64,000 nt of DNA, from the IMG/VR virus record IMGVR_UViG_3300042691_048250; one strand, given 5' to 3'. Within the stretch, counting starts at the first letter, position 1. Each line of letters starts with the position of its first letter. Position numbers and translations under genes: made by a program. This document shows positions 49,198 to 59,488 of the stretch, piece after piece. This DNA comes from an uncultured virus (IMG/VR IMGVR_UViG_3300042691_048250). Its lineage: Duplodnaviria > Heunggongvirae > Uroviricota > Caudoviricetes. A model generated the notes under the pieces. That model saw nothing but the letters and a program-made list of their open reading frames with translations. It was not told where the DNA came from and did no database searches.

Positions 49198-49574
49198 GCT
49201 TTAGTAAACTTCATGTCTATGGTACCGCCGGATTCGAATCCGTTCCAGGGTACCACTGTGGCTCCACCGTTTTCGGTTTGAATGAATGCAGTGCCATTGA
49301 CATCGGCATCTAACCTTATGGTTTGATCTCCAGGCGCCATCCACCCTCGATCCATGTACACACCGGCCATGGGACCATAGGCCACTGACCCTTGCATGTA
49401 CCATTGATTGGGTACATTCCAGAATCTCAGGGCGTTGGTGTTGTTGGGATCAGACGTGGCCCAGGACCAGGATTGACCAGGTAGGATAGTGATCAAATCT
49501 CCCACGGTGTTGTGGTTCACCGTGAGATTGTAATCGGTGTCATTGACTATGTTTAGGGTAGCAGTCCAGACCAT
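49194..49574 (-). CDS. Beta-rich hypothetical protein
   Basis: GGAGG SD; MVWTATLNIVNDTDY... Confidence 0.65.
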   Translation of the reverse strand: MVWTATLNIVNDTDYNLTVNHNTVGDLITILPGQSWSWATSDPNNTNALRFWNVPNQWYMQGSVAYGPMAGVYMDRGWMAPGDQTIRLDADVNGTAFIQTENGGATVVPWNGFESGGTIDMKFTKA

Positions 49575-49635
49575 GTGATCCTCCGTTTTGTTACAGATAC
49601 TTAGCCAAAACACCATTATCTGGGTAGATAAATTA

Positions 49636-49649
49636 TTGTGCAGTGCAAT
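49636..49649. promoter_or_regulatory. PhaR-like box
   Basis: TTGTGCAGTGCAAT upstream of the phasin-like gene. Confidence 0.5.
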
Positions 49650-49740
49650 AAGTATCATATATAATGTTGGAAGTTAGATGCCGCATGGGGCGGGTCTACA
49701 ATTACCAAAAGGTTCGCTTAATATGAAAAGGAAACCAAAA

Positions 49741-49974
49741 ATGGATTTTACCAAAATCGATTTCGCTAAATTTGATGTAGCAAAAATGTTTGATGTTGAC
49801 GGCGCCATCGCCCAGATGGAAGACGCCAATGGCAAGGCGATCTCTTTGATCACCGATAAAAAAGCCAAATCTATCGCTGAAACAGTTTCGGCCGCTTCAT
49901 TTGAATTCGCCCGTGCCCAGGCAGCCGCTGCCAAGGCATTTGGTGAAGCAGTGAAAAAAGCCATCCAGATCTAA
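49741..49974 (+). CDS. Phasin-like amphipathic small protein
   Basis: AAAGGA SD; Ala-rich amphipathic helix FEFARAQAAAAKAFGE. Confidence 0.45.
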   Translation: MDFTKIDFAKFDVAKMFDVDGAIAQMEDANGKAISLITDKKAKSIAETVSAASFEFARAQAAAAKAFGEAVKKAIQI

Positions 49975-49986
49975 GCTCAAAAACAC

Positions 49987-50038
49987 AGGTTAGAGTCACT
50001 AACCTGAGGTTGACCAATAAACCTTGTTCTTGTATTAT
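49987..50038 (+). promoter_or_regulatory. Early promoter with variant palindrome
   Basis: AGGTTAG-AGTCA-CTAACCT; TTGACC-17-TATTAT. Confidence 0.7.
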
Positions 50039-50084
50039 ATACACATGAACAAGGTTTTTCTTTTTTATATTTTGGAGGCATATC

Positions 50085-50219
50085 ATGCATAAAGTCATTG
50101 CCGTATTTTTGGTTGCCGCTTGCCTACAGGCCTGTGGCACAGTGAAAGGCACAGCCGGTGGTTTTTTCGAAGGTGCTGCCGAGGACATGAAGTCCGTGGG
50201 CGGTTGGATCAAAAATTAA
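50085..50219 (+). CDS. Entericidin-like small lipoprotein (44 aa, not in ORF track)
   Basis: GGAGG SD; lipobox LQAC then GTVKG...G..ED. Confidence 0.65.
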   Translation: MHKVIAVFLVAACLQACGTVKGTAGGFFEGAAEDMKSVGGWIKN

Positions 50220-50228
50220 GGAGAAACA

Positions 50229-50909
50229 ATGAAAAAGACAGGTATAGCAGTGGCCGTGGCCGCCGTGGTCATGCTGTCGGCATGCAGTTCAACCAAACGC
50301 TCAGATGTTGGCACCGGTGCATCGATCCCACCGGGGATCCAACAACCTATTTCTGAACAACGAGCAGTCAATGACTTCAAGCGGCAAGGAGTCAAGATAA
50401 TATTCAGCACCTTTGGCGCGGTCGAGGGCGTGGAAGCCACAGGTTATGCACCGATCTGGGGCAACAGCCAGAATGCTGTGCGTGAAGCATATCGCGTGGC
50501 CGAACTGGAAGCCAAGAAGAGCCTCAATGACTTTATCAACTCTGAGCAGATCCGCAGTAACACGTCTGTGAAAATGATCAGTAAGAATCTTGAAAAAGCA
50601 CGCGACAACAAAACTAACAACATCGCGACCAATAAAAATCGCGACGAAGTTAGCGCCATCACTGATGATACTGAAGTGGCCTCGGAAGATATCAATACCG
50701 AACGGAACACTGCTATACGCAATGATGCGCTGAATATCGCAAGCCGCGTTAGTACGGAGATATCAGTCAAAGCACAGGGCATACTCAGCGGTCTGCGCTT
50801 GGTTGAAGGTGAAGTGATCAACGATGGCAAGAATGTGCGTGTGATCTACCGCTGGGATTTAAAAAACCAGGAAGCCCGTCAACAAATCCGTCGCATGATG
50901 ATGCAGTAG
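50229..50909 (+). CDS. Lipoprotein, LPP20-like
   Basis: Lipobox LSAC; ATGYA...AELEAK. Confidence 0.7.
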   Translation: MKKTGIAVAVAAVVMLSACSSTKRSDVGTGASIPPGIQQPISEQRAVNDFKRQGVKIIFSTFGAVEGVEATGYAPIWGNSQNAVREAYRVAELEAKKSLNDFINSEQIRSNTSVKMISKNLEKARDNKTNNIATNKNRDEVSAITDDTEVASEDINTERNTAIRNDALNIASRVSTEISVKAQGILSGLRLVEGEVINDGKNVRVIYRWDLKNQEARQQIRRMMMQ

Positions 50910-50910
50910 C

Positions 50911-51981
50911 ATGCGCCGGCTGATTTCTGTGGGCCTTGCGGCCCTTATGCTCACGGTTTCTATACCGGTCAAGACCGCCACGGGCCTGGAACTGTTCCTC
51001 AAAGTGCCCTGGAGCCTGGGCATCCATTTGGTGCAGTGGATGGCACGAGATCAGAAAAAGGTATTGTATGTTGAGGTCATGGCCGAAGGTGCAGATCTCG
51101 AGACCGCTCGGCAAAGTGCCTTCCGCATGTCCGTAGAGCGTGCCGTGGGTGTGATCGTGAGTTCAGAGACCGAAGTACACAATCAGCGCATCCGGCGTGA
51201 CGACATCATCACCTATGCGTCAGGTTTCGTCAGTGATTACAAATTGGTAGATCAGGCACAGCGCGGCAATCGCACCTGGGTTAAGATGCAAGTCTGGGTC
51301 AGTCATAGTGCCCTGCGTGATCGCTTGCTCAACGAGAGCCGTGGATCGGGACAAATCGAAGGTGGACGTATTTCAGAGCAGATCCAGAGTTTTCAGCACA
51401 GCCGTCAGAGTGGTGATCGGTTGCTGGAATCAGTGCTGGCAGATTACCCACAGCGAGCGTTTGACATAGCCATGAAACCCACGCAGGTAGTTGTAGACAA
51501 CGACCGGCGCATGTTTTTGATCGTGCCGTTTGACATGACATGGAACGGTCACTACGTCAACAGCCTCAAAGAAGCAGTTAAAACCATAAATCAACGCACC
51601 GACTGTGGTGGTTGGTTAAGTCTTTGCCAAAACGTGCAGGCCAAGATCCAAGTTGGTGATGTGACCAGTTATTTCGATGATCAAGTGGCTGTGTTGGCCA
51701 TGCAACGGCACATGATAACCAGCCAGCCTGTGTTAGAAGCCACCTTTTATGATGCCACCGGCCGCACAGTGGGGCGTGATTGCTGGAATTTACCTGAACT
51801 CACACAGAATGATTATGCGCCCCGTCCTTTTGTGGATGTGGGCGGCGGTCAAGCCACGGTTTGGAATCGCAGAGTCAGCGCCCATTTGGCGGTACATCTG
51901 GACGTCCTGCCCGTGAAAAACCTGGATAGGGTGAGTATCCGGGCTGTGCGCCAGGCACAATGTCCGCAAGCACGTCGTTAG
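50911..51981 (+). CDS. Exported protein with LPP20/FlgT-N-like domain
   Basis: Signal-like N-terminus; EG...ARQSAFR.SVE.AVGV.VSSET. Confidence 0.6.
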   Translation: MRRLISVGLAALMLTVSIPVKTATGLELFLKVPWSLGIHLVQWMARDQKKVLYVEVMAEGADLETARQSAFRMSVERAVGVIVSSETEVHNQRIRRDDIITYASGFVSDYKLVDQAQRGNRTWVKMQVWVSHSALRDRLLNESRGSGQIEGGRISEQIQSFQHSRQSGDRLLESVLADYPQRAFDIAMKPTQVVVDNDRRMFLIVPFDMTWNGHYVNSLKEAVKTINQRTDCGGWLSLCQNVQAKIQVGDVTSYFDDQVAVLAMQRHMITSQPVLEATFYDATGRTVGRDCWNLPELTQNDYAPRPFVDVGGGQATVWNRRVSAHLAVHLDVLPVKNLDRVSIRAVRQAQCPQARR

Positions 51982-52059
51982 GTAGCATAAGTAATTGCGG
52001 ATTACCAAAGAATGTGTAATAATATACATACTTTATAGTCCGATTTTTATTTCAGCCCT

Positions 52060-52635
52060 ATGACCATAGAAAAAGATTCACAAGTCTACGATTCTAATAC
52101 ACAGGCCCTGAACGATCATGGGATCTATGTACTCATGGACGATATCGATCCCGAAAGCATTAAGCCCGTGATCGAGTGGATCCTGCATGAAAATCATGTC
52201 AAAAAGAAAAAACACAAAGAACTCCTTCTCATGGTCTGCTCCAATGGGGGCAACATTTCCGAAGCATTTGCTCTGATCGATGTCATGCGCAGTAGCAAAA
52301 TCCCAGTCAAGACTGTGGGCCTGGGATGTATTGCCAGTTGTGGCTTACTGATATTCTTAGCCGGCGCTCAGGGGCGCAGGGTGCTCACTCCTAACACTTC
52401 AGTGCTGAGCCATCAGTTCTCATGGGATGTTGGGGGCAAGGCGCATGAACTGTTTGCCACTGTGAAAGAGTTTGACTTGACCCAGAAACGCATGATCGAG
52501 CACTATCGGCGTAGCACTGGCTTGGATGATGACACTATCCGCCGGGTCCTGTTGCCGCCACAAGACGTTTATCTTGATGCCGAAGAAGCCATGAAATACA
52601 AGATCTGCGATGCCATCGCAGAACTGCCTGCTTAA
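52060..52635 (+). CDS. Divergent ClpP-family protease
   Basis: CSNGG, GCIASCG (Ser), SHQ (His), DVYLDAEEA. Confidence 0.85.
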   Translation: MTIEKDSQVYDSNTQALNDHGIYVLMDDIDPESIKPVIEWILHENHVKKKKHKELLLMVCSNGGNISEAFALIDVMRSSKIPVKTVGLGCIASCGLLIFLAGAQGRRVLTPNTSVLSHQFSWDVGGKAHELFATVKEFDLTQKRMIEHYRRSTGLDDDTIRRVLLPPQDVYLDAEEAMKYKICDAIAELPA

Positions 52636-54155
52636 CGGCGACGTTTCCTACCCAGAGATTTTTCATCCGGTTCTGCTGTGTCCTTGGGCGCGGCCGTGAC
52701 TTGCGTGCGTTTCTGGCTGAATTGATCAAGGTCTGCTTCGGGTCCTGCAGATGCAGTGGGCAGGCCCAACTGCTCGTCATCGGGCATGAGATCATCAGCG
52801 GACCTGGCCGCGCCAGCAGGGCTGAGTTTGAAGTTTAGACCACCCTTGGTAGGATCCGTTCCTCCAGACTTGCTTTCCATGGTTATCACACCATCTAACT
52901 TGGCCGGCCACTGGGTGCTGAATGCCAGAGCACCACGCAGGGACTTGGCATATTGTTGGATGAAGTTATAATCCAGGATCTCTAATATGGTTTCTTGGAA
53001 TTCTGGCACTCCGCCACCGTTGACCATTTCTATCACGGCTTTTTTGACCACATAGGTCAGCTTGCCTCCATCGGCTCCGCGGCTGTCAAGGTCTTGGAAC
53101 AGTTTCCTATACTTGGGCATGGCCGTGCCATTTTTACGGCTGTCATTGACCAGCAAGATGATTTCTCGAGGCCAAGGCAGGAAAGGCTTGAATTTTTTGG
53201 GTACCTTTTCTGGAACTCGTTCGTTGAGCAAATTCATCATCAAGAAAACCTGGCTCACCGTCTTGGGCATGGGTATGGCTTCGTTCTGCGTCAGTTCAAT
53301 GATGTCTATGGCTGTCTGGAAATTGGGATTTTTCTTAACATGGTCAGGTATCTTCAATCCAGATAGGCTGGGTGGTGCTCCTCCACCGGTGCCTTTGCTG
53401 GAGATGTTGATGGTATGACCCGTGTCAGTGTTGCGTATCTCTGCATAACTGTCGGCTAATTGATTGGCAGGATCGCTGGGGAAATTCAGCATGAGACTTC
53501 CGATATCGCCACCAAGCCACGTGAGAAAGTCTGCTTTCTTTTTAGCACCGCCCAGCCAGTCCGTGCCATCATAGATCAATGCCAGCACTCCGAGATATTC
53601 GCCGGCATAGTCTACTATGGCCTTTTTGATCTGTTCATTCTTGGCAAACTCGGGTGGTATCTGTGCAGTTTCCCCGGCCATGATAGATTGGGCCATCTGT
53701 ATCACTGCACGACCATAGTCCGTGCTCTGCAATACAGGATTGTTTACTATGACCGATCCCAGGTCCTTGGCAGGAATGTCTCGGTCCGTGATCTTGATCT
53801 GTGAAGGTTTCAGTTGCGCCCCTTCTTTTTTGACTTCTGCGCTGTCCTGCTCTCCGGGCTTGGCACTGGCCCCACCGAATTCTGCTGTTTTGCGGAATCT
53901 ACTAAGCGGCCACTCGCGACCTTCTAAGTCGCGAGCCTTTAGTGCACCACGAAACTGATTTTGATTTTTTAATTTGATGAATCGGGCAGCTTCTCTGGGA
54001 TCCAATACCACCTCAGTGCCGTCGTTGGTATAAAAAGGACGGTTATCTTTGATATGGGTGATAAAAGCATCAAACCTCTCGGGATATTTGATGATCTGGC
54101 TGGGTTCCAGTGTGGCTTCTGCTATGGCATCTAAGGTGTCTAATAAGTCGCGCAT
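52632..54155 (-). CDS. Late protein, possible restriction-nuclease-like fold
   Basis: TAAATA 4 nt before ATG; GE...FP...LADS...ISSK pattern; tail LGRKRRR. Confidence 0.55.
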   Translation of the reverse strand: MRDLLDTLDAIAEATLEPSQIIKYPERFDAFITHIKDNRPFYTNDGTEVVLDPREAARFIKLKNQNQFRGALKARDLEGREWPLSRFRKTAEFGGASAKPGEQDSAEVKKEGAQLKPSQIKITDRDIPAKDLGSVIVNNPVLQSTDYGRAVIQMAQSIMAGETAQIPPEFAKNEQIKKAIVDYAGEYLGVLALIYDGTDWLGGAKKKADFLTWLGGDIGSLMLNFPSDPANQLADSYAEIRNTDTGHTINISSKGTGGGAPPSLSGLKIPDHVKKNPNFQTAIDIIELTQNEAIPMPKTVSQVFLMMNLLNERVPEKVPKKFKPFLPWPREIILLVNDSRKNGTAMPKYRKLFQDLDSRGADGGKLTYVVKKAVIEMVNGGGVPEFQETILEILDYNFIQQYAKSLRGALAFSTQWPAKLDGVITMESKSGGTDPTKGGLNFKLSPAGAARSADDLMPDDEQLGLPTASAGPEADLDQFSQKRTQVTAAPKDTAEPDEKSLGRKRRR

Positions 54156-54183
54156 GGAATATTTAGCGCGATAATTACGCTGT

Positions 54184-55134
54184 ATGACAGACATTAAAAT
54201 CAGTACCTGCGGTGACCACTGGTTAAATCCTCAAGAGGTCATTGAACAAATACGTGCCACACACCCAAATGAGCCCATCGTATTGAATCTTGGATCAGAG
54301 GGTGCGAGTTTAAGGGCTTTGGGCATCGTGGATATCGTCACGCAGACCAGCAACGAACAAGGGCGCGATCTTGGGTCAGTATCGATCAAAAGTTGGCCCA
54401 ATCTTGTTGAGACCGTGCCTTTCCAGCGTGCGGACAATCACAGGATAAGCCATTTTTTCTGGATGGCCGATAGGTACCGAGATACACCTATCGCATCACC
54501 CACTGATCAGCATCTTTTCGCCTTGTTCATAGGTCGTCGTACATGGCCCCGCATGCGCATCGCTTATGATTTGCAGAGGATGCTGGGCCAACGATTCATG
54601 CTCAGCATGATGCGAGATGGACCTTATGACAGCCCCTACGGTATCAATCTAGACAGTGAACATGTCTGGAGCAACAATAGAGATTTCAAAATCTGGTATT
54701 CATCTCCATCGGTAGACAGTATTGATGGGCACGATTTCCGCGATCAATATGATGGCGAGCAGAACACCCATGCTGATCTCTTGAGACACTATCACAAATT
54801 CAGCATCGAAATAGTTTGCGAAGCGCATACTCGAGGTTCCTGCTTCTTCCCTACAGAAAAAACCGTAAGACCATTGGCTGCCGGCAAACCCATCATGGTC
54901 TATGGTTCACGAGGATTCCTGGCCCGGCTGCGAGATTTGGGATTCCAGACTTGGAATGGTTTGTGGAACGAAGACTACGACGATCTTGAAGGTTTCGATC
55001 GTTGGCTTGCCATGCGCAGTCAGATCCAACTATTGGCCAACTGTATAAACACTATGCCCAAGATGGCCATAGACATAGCCGAGCACAACAGGCAACATGC
55101 CAAGGCGTTGGCCGATCGATATCGACCTCAATGA
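54184..55134 (+). CDS. Glycosyltransferase-like protein
   Basis: IVCE...PTEKTVRPL..GKP...GFQTW...EDYD. Confidence 0.55.
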   Translation: MTDIKISTCGDHWLNPQEVIEQIRATHPNEPIVLNLGSEGASLRALGIVDIVTQTSNEQGRDLGSVSIKSWPNLVETVPFQRADNHRISHFFWMADRYRDTPIASPTDQHLFALFIGRRTWPRMRIAYDLQRMLGQRFMLSMMRDGPYDSPYGINLDSEHVWSNNRDFKIWYSSPSVDSIDGHDFRDQYDGEQNTHADLLRHYHKFSIEIVCEAHTRGSCFFPTEKTVRPLAAGKPIMVYGSRGFLARLRDLGFQTWNGLWNEDYDDLEGFDRWLAMRSQIQLLANCINTMPKMAIDIAEHNRQHAKALADRYRPQ

Positions 55135-56123
55135 TAATACGCACCGTAGATCGTGGTTGGGGCCCTGAATGGCCTATCAAACAGTATGAACAACACATAC
55201 TGGATCAATATCTGCAACCAGTAAGCAATGACAGCGTGCCTACAGTAGTCATCAATAGCACCTGGTATGACGACGAAACACATCAACAAACCATGCAATG
55301 GCTACGCCAAAGTTCCGCGGAGAGACTGATCTTGGTCAGTATGATAGACAGCGCAATCGCCCGCAAAGAAAAATTCCAAGACCTCGGGCTTCCTGTGTAT
55401 GAATTAGGATCTTATCCAGGATCGCATGAGATAGTTTTTTGGGCACTGGTGTTGGATCGTTGGTCGCCGAGCATAGATGACTCTGAATTGATGTGCACCG
55501 ATAGATTTGCCCATGCTTTCATGTGCTTGAATAGGAAGCCGCATCGCCATAGATCAATCTTGTACAAACAATTACAGGCCAAAGGCCTTGTGTGCTCCAA
55601 TTTAGTCACTATGGGAAGTGACGGTGATCGCGCCGAGAGATCATTGCCCGAAGATGTGACGCATCAAGAACTATCACCTAACAGCGCAGTGCGCAATCAT
55701 GGCATTGTCAATGACAATGTGTCATTGGGTTTGATGGCCAATTGGCAGAGCCATTTTCTCAACGTGGTCACAGAAACAGTATTTGATGTCAGCCGGCAGT
55801 GGTTTGTCAGCGAGAAGATTTTCAAGCCTATTATTGGCTTACGACCTTTCTTGGTGTATAGCATGGATGGAGCACAGGCCTGGCTCGACCATCATGGGTT
55901 CCAATCCTATGCAGATGATTTCCGGGATATCACGGATCTCACACCCAGAGATCCCACACAGATGGCCGATTTTTTGGCAGTAGTGGATGCACAGGGCCCG
56001 GCATACTGGAAGGAAAAATATCTTGACCTACTGCCCAAAATCCTTTACAATAGACAAGTGTTCCACGACCTCGTGGCCCAGACAAAGACCAAAATCAAAC
56101 AAGGATTCTCATGCCAAACTTAG
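55131..56123 (+). CDS. Glycosyltransferase-like protein
   Basis: [15 protein letters not shown]...[14 protein letters not shown]. Confidence 0.55.
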   Translation: MIIRTVDRGWGPEWPIKQYEQHILDQYLQPVSNDSVPTVVINSTWYDDETHQQTMQWLRQSSAERLILVSMIDSAIARKEKFQDLGLPVYELGSYPGSHEIVFWALVLDRWSPSIDDSELMCTDRFAHAFMCLNRKPHRHRSILYKQLQAKGLVCSNLVTMGSDGDRAERSLPEDVTHQELSPNSAVRNHGIVNDNVSLGLMANWQSHFLNVVTETVFDVSRQWFVSEKIFKPIIGLRPFLVYSMDGAQAWLDHHGFQSYADDFRDITDLTPRDPTQMADFLAVVDAQGPAYWKEKYLDLLPKILYNRQVFHDLVAQTKTKIKQGFSCQT

Positions 56124-56701
56124 TGCCTATCGTTTTAGAAAACACCTCCAAAGGTGAGCGCAGTTATGATATCTACAGTCGCTTGCTCCGAGACAGGATC
56201 ATCATGCTAGACAACGAAGTCACCCAGCATTCAGCCAGCCTGGTAGTGGCACAGATGTTGTTTCTTGAAGCCGAAGATCCTGACAAAGATATCCTGTTGT
56301 ATATCAATTCTCCCGGCGGCAGTGTCACAGCCGGCATGAGCATCTACGATACCATGCAGTTCGTCAAATGCGATGTATCAACCATAGTATTAGGGCAAGC
56401 AGCCAGCATGGGCAGTTTACTGGCCGCAGCCGGTGCATCCGGCAAAAGATACATCCTGCCCAACGCCAGACACATGATACATCAGCCTCTGGGCGGCGCC
56501 TCAGGCCAAGCCACCGATGTAGAGATACAGGCCCGAGAACTGTTGCGCTGGAAAGAAGTCCTGACCAATGTTTATGTCAAGCACACTGGTCGCACGTTTG
56601 ATGTTTTGCGTGCTGACATGGAGCGCGATAACTTCATGACTGCTGAACAGTCTGTGACCTATGGCTTGGCCGACAAGGTGCTGGACCGACGTGACGCCTA
56701 A
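56111..56701 (+). CDS. clpP: ATP-dependent Clp protease proteolytic subunit
   Basis: [33 protein letters not shown]. Confidence 0.97.
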   Translation: MPNLVPIVLENTSKGERSYDIYSRLLRDRIIMLDNEVTQHSASLVVAQMLFLEAEDPDKDILLYINSPGGSVTAGMSIYDTMQFVKCDVSTIVLGQAASMGSLLAAAGASGKRYILPNARHMIHQPLGGASGQATDVEIQARELLRWKEVLTNVYVKHTGRTFDVLRADMERDNFMTAEQSVTYGLADKVLDRRDA

Positions 56702-58022
56702 CGCTAAGATATTCTGCAATTCTCCTTGGTATGAACTGCAGATCTACTGGGATGGGTCTTTAGGGTTTTGTTGCCAGGAAGCCCACAAAATCTATCCTGA
56801 GTCCGAGTCTGCCAAATACAACATTCGTAACATGTCTATCTCAGAATGGATGGATAGTGAGCCTATGAGACAGGCACGGTTGAGCATGTTTGGTAATGAA
56901 AAAAATAGTTTTTGTACAAGATGCTACAACGAAGAAGACCACAGCGGCACCAGCAGGCGTAATCGAAGCAATCAGAAATCTGTGATATTCCAACGCAACT
57001 TCCAAGAAAGTTATGATCAAGGACCCGGACGCAACAAGTTTGAAAGTTCACGTGTGCGCCAGGGACATCATGCTGATTTGCCCGTAGATCTTCACATAGA
57101 TCTTGGCAACTATTGCAATCTCACTTGCAAAATGTGCAATCCTCGAGCCAGCTCCAGCATCGCTGTTCAGCATGTCCGTTGGGGCATGACTGATGCACAG
57201 CAATATGTAGGTACTGATTGGACACGAGACACCGACTTATGGCAGCGCACCTTGCGAGATCTGGCCAACATACCGCGTTTGAAAAACGTACATTTCATGG
57301 GAGGCGAAACTTTGTTGACTCCTCGATTTGAAGAATTTTTAGATTTTATGATTGCGCAAAATCGACTTGATATCAATATCAGTTTCGTTACCAATGGCAC
57401 ACATTTCATTGACAGGATCATGCCCAAGCTGGCTCGCTTCCGGGGCGTGAACATCGAAGTCAGCATTGAAAGTCTGACCCAACACAATGCCTATCAAAGA
57501 CAGGGCACCAACACAGACCAAGTCATGATGCATGTCAAACGCTACCTGGATCTCACCAATGAACATATGAGCCTCACCGTTAGACCTGCTATCAGCGCAT
57601 TGACCATAGGTACATATCACACTTTGTTAGCCTGGTGTTTGCAAAACAATGTCGTGGTAAAATCCTTGCTATGTACCCAGCCTCAACATCTTAATGTTGT
57701 GATCTTGCCAGATGCTGTAAAAAAACACTACAGCCAAAGATATCATGATTTCTTGGCGCGGTATGACCTTGAATCTTTGCCGGTGACAACTGATTACAAT
57801 GCCAGCGATCGCAATGAAATTAAAAAAATCATCAAGAATCAGGTATTGCAGTGCCTATCTGTTCTGGCCACACCACGTCCAGAAGATGCCGACGCATGCC
57901 TTGGACAAATGGTGTATTGGTGCCAACGCTGGGATAGGGTACATGGACTCGATGCCCGAACGTTATACCCAGAGTTGGAAGAGGTGTTTAATCTATATCA
58001 CTATGACCCGTTACCGCAGTAG
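56691..58022 (+). CDS. Radical SAM protein with extra Cys (SPASM/twitch-like) domain
   Basis: CNSPW...CC...[20 protein letters not shown]. Confidence 0.9.
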   Translation: MTPNAKIFCNSPWYELQIYWDGSLGFCCQEAHKIYPESESAKYNIRNMSISEWMDSEPMRQARLSMFGNEKNSFCTRCYNEEDHSGTSRRNRSNQKSVIFQRNFQESYDQGPGRNKFESSRVRQGHHADLPVDLHIDLGNYCNLTCKMCNPRASSSIAVQHVRWGMTDAQQYVGTDWTRDTDLWQRTLRDLANIPRLKNVHFMGGETLLTPRFEEFLDFMIAQNRLDINISFVTNGTHFIDRIMPKLARFRGVNIEVSIESLTQHNAYQRQGTNTDQVMMHVKRYLDLTNEHMSLTVRPAISALTIGTYHTLLAWCLQNNVVVKSLLCTQPQHLNVVILPDAVKKHYSQRYHDFLARYDLESLPVTTDYNASDRNEIKKIIKNQVLQCLSVLATPRPEDADACLGQMVYWCQRWDRVHGLDARTLYPELEEVFNLYHYDPLPQ

Positions 58023-58458
58023 ATTTCTTATCGATATTGAGCCTATATGGCAAACGCAACCACCCTTGGTCACGATAGTCTTGGATGATCATGTTGCTCA
58101 TCATGGTATTGTGCCCCAGGCTACACAACTCATGATCGATAAAGAATTAGATTCAGGTTGGCACGATCTCGCTGTGATCCTTGGCCACAAGTCCGACCAC
58201 GATCCAGTGCAGGCCGTGAAGATTAAAAACATCAAGATAAATGATATCACCAGCGCCAAATTTGTTTGGCAAGCCCGATATCGCCCTGACTATCCTGAAC
58301 CTTGGGCCAGTCAACAACGCCAGTTGGGCATGGATTTACCGGAAGAAATTGGCATGACTGATTATCTTGGCTGGAACGGACGGTGGAATCTGCGTTTTTC
58401 GGCGCCGGTGTTTACCTGGATCCATGACATAGAGTCACTGGGCTGGATCTACGACTAA
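58003..58458 (+). CDS. Hypothetical protein
   Basis: LGWNGRW.L.F..PVFTWIH C-terminus. Confidence 0.65.
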   Translation: MTRYRSRFLIDIEPIWQTQPPLVTIVLDDHVAHHGIVPQATQLMIDKELDSGWHDLAVILGHKSDHDPVQAVKIKNIKINDITSAKFVWQARYRPDYPEPWASQQRQLGMDLPEEIGMTDYLGWNGRWNLRFSAPVFTWIHDIESLGWIYD

Positions 58459-58573
58459 AGAATGAGTTCGCGTGTGGTATGGTAATGGAGATAATACCAT
58501 CGCCACGAGGGACCATACCGCCAGTGGCAGTACTGGAAAACCATGTAATCTTGCGCGGCTCTTATGATGCCGC

Positions 58574-58714
58574 TTACCAACTGATATCCCCGGTCTCGAG
58601 ATAGCGTCGCCAGGCCTCTACCCACCAGTCACCGTAGCGTTGGCGGAACCAATCTTGTAGCAGGCTTTGATCGTAGTCCTCGGCCAGCAGTATGTTTCTC
58701 AATTCATCATCCAT
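58574..58714 (-). CDS. Small hypothetical protein (46 aa, not in ORF track)
   Basis: MDDELRNILLAEDY...; overlaps upstream stop. Confidence 0.45.
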   Translation of the reverse strand: MDDELRNILLAEDYDQSLLQDWFRQRYGDWWVEAWRRYLETGDISW

Positions 58715-58844
58715 GGGTGCGTTGCATGAGATCCTGCGCATCTTTGTAGCGTCCGCGGCGAGTCAGTTCCGCGGCTGCTCGAGCCCGCGACAAGGTATCG
58801 GCCCAGTATACCAAACAATTCCACATTTTTTTCATAGTTTTCAT
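58707..58844 (-). CDS. Small protein (45 aa, not in ORF track)
   Basis: GGGAGG SD, TAAATA and TGCACTGCA box upstream; ARAAAELTRRGRYKDA. Confidence 0.6.
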   Translation of the reverse strand: MKTMKKMWNCLVYWADTLSRARAAAELTRRGRYKDAQDLMQRTHG

Positions 58845-58924
58845 AGTATTCCTCCCAGGTATTTATTGTTGCAGTGCATTATAAATCGGAAAATATAATG
58901 GTTTATACTGAGCCAAATCCCAGG

Positions 58925-58953
58925 TTGACCAGAAATGGCGTTTCTGGTATAAT
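58925..58953 (+). promoter_or_regulatory. Early promoter
   Basis: TTGACC-17-TATAAT; spacer contains inverted repeat ACCAGAAA..TTTCTGGT. Confidence 0.8.
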
Positions 58954-58980
58954 CGTTGTATTGAAACTAAAGGAGCCGAC

Positions 58981-59256
58981 ATGCCCACAATCAGCGAAAT
59001 AAATCACGAGATCATGCAAGGATCATTTACCAATGATCAACTCAATGCCATCGCTTCGGCCATACAGTTTCGTCGTCGCCAGATTGGCAAGGAACTCAAA
59101 ATCACTATCCGCGTGGGCGATACTGTGAAATTTTATCACCCCAAACTGGGCCAGGATCTACAAGGTCCCGTGACCAAGGTCAAGATCAAGAACATCTTGG
59201 TCAAGACTGCTCGTGGTACTTACAATGTGCCAGCCAATCTCCTGGAGCGAGTTTGA
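58981..59256 (+). CDS. Small SH3/KOW-like early protein
   Basis: AAGGAG SD; IRVGDTVKF...G.VTKV. Confidence 0.7.
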   Translation: MPTISEINHEIMQGSFTNDQLNAIASAIQFRRRQIGKELKITIRVGDTVKFYHPKLGQDLQGPVTKVKIKNILVKTARGTYNVPANLLERV

Positions 59257-59486
59257 AGTTAAACACCAACGAGGCCCTGCAATGGATCGCGGCTGTGTTC
59301 GTGATCCTGGGCCACGTGCTCAACGCTGTCGGACCAGCGGCTTATCCCTGGAACATCCTGGTGTTTTTCGTGGGCATCACTTTTTTCTTGATCTGGAGTC
59401 TCCAGGTACGCAATCGTCCTCAGACCGTGGTCAATGTTTTTTCTTTGGGCATCACTGTTTTAGGGCTGTTCCGGGCCTTATCTTGA
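59253..59486 (+). CDS. Small three-TM membrane protein
   Basis: Hydrophobic segments; YPWNI. Confidence 0.65.
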   Translation: MKLNTNEALQWIAAVFVILGHVLNAVGPAAYPWNILVFFVGITFFLIWSLQVRNRPQTVVNVFSLGITVLGLFRALS

Positions 59487-59488
59487 CA

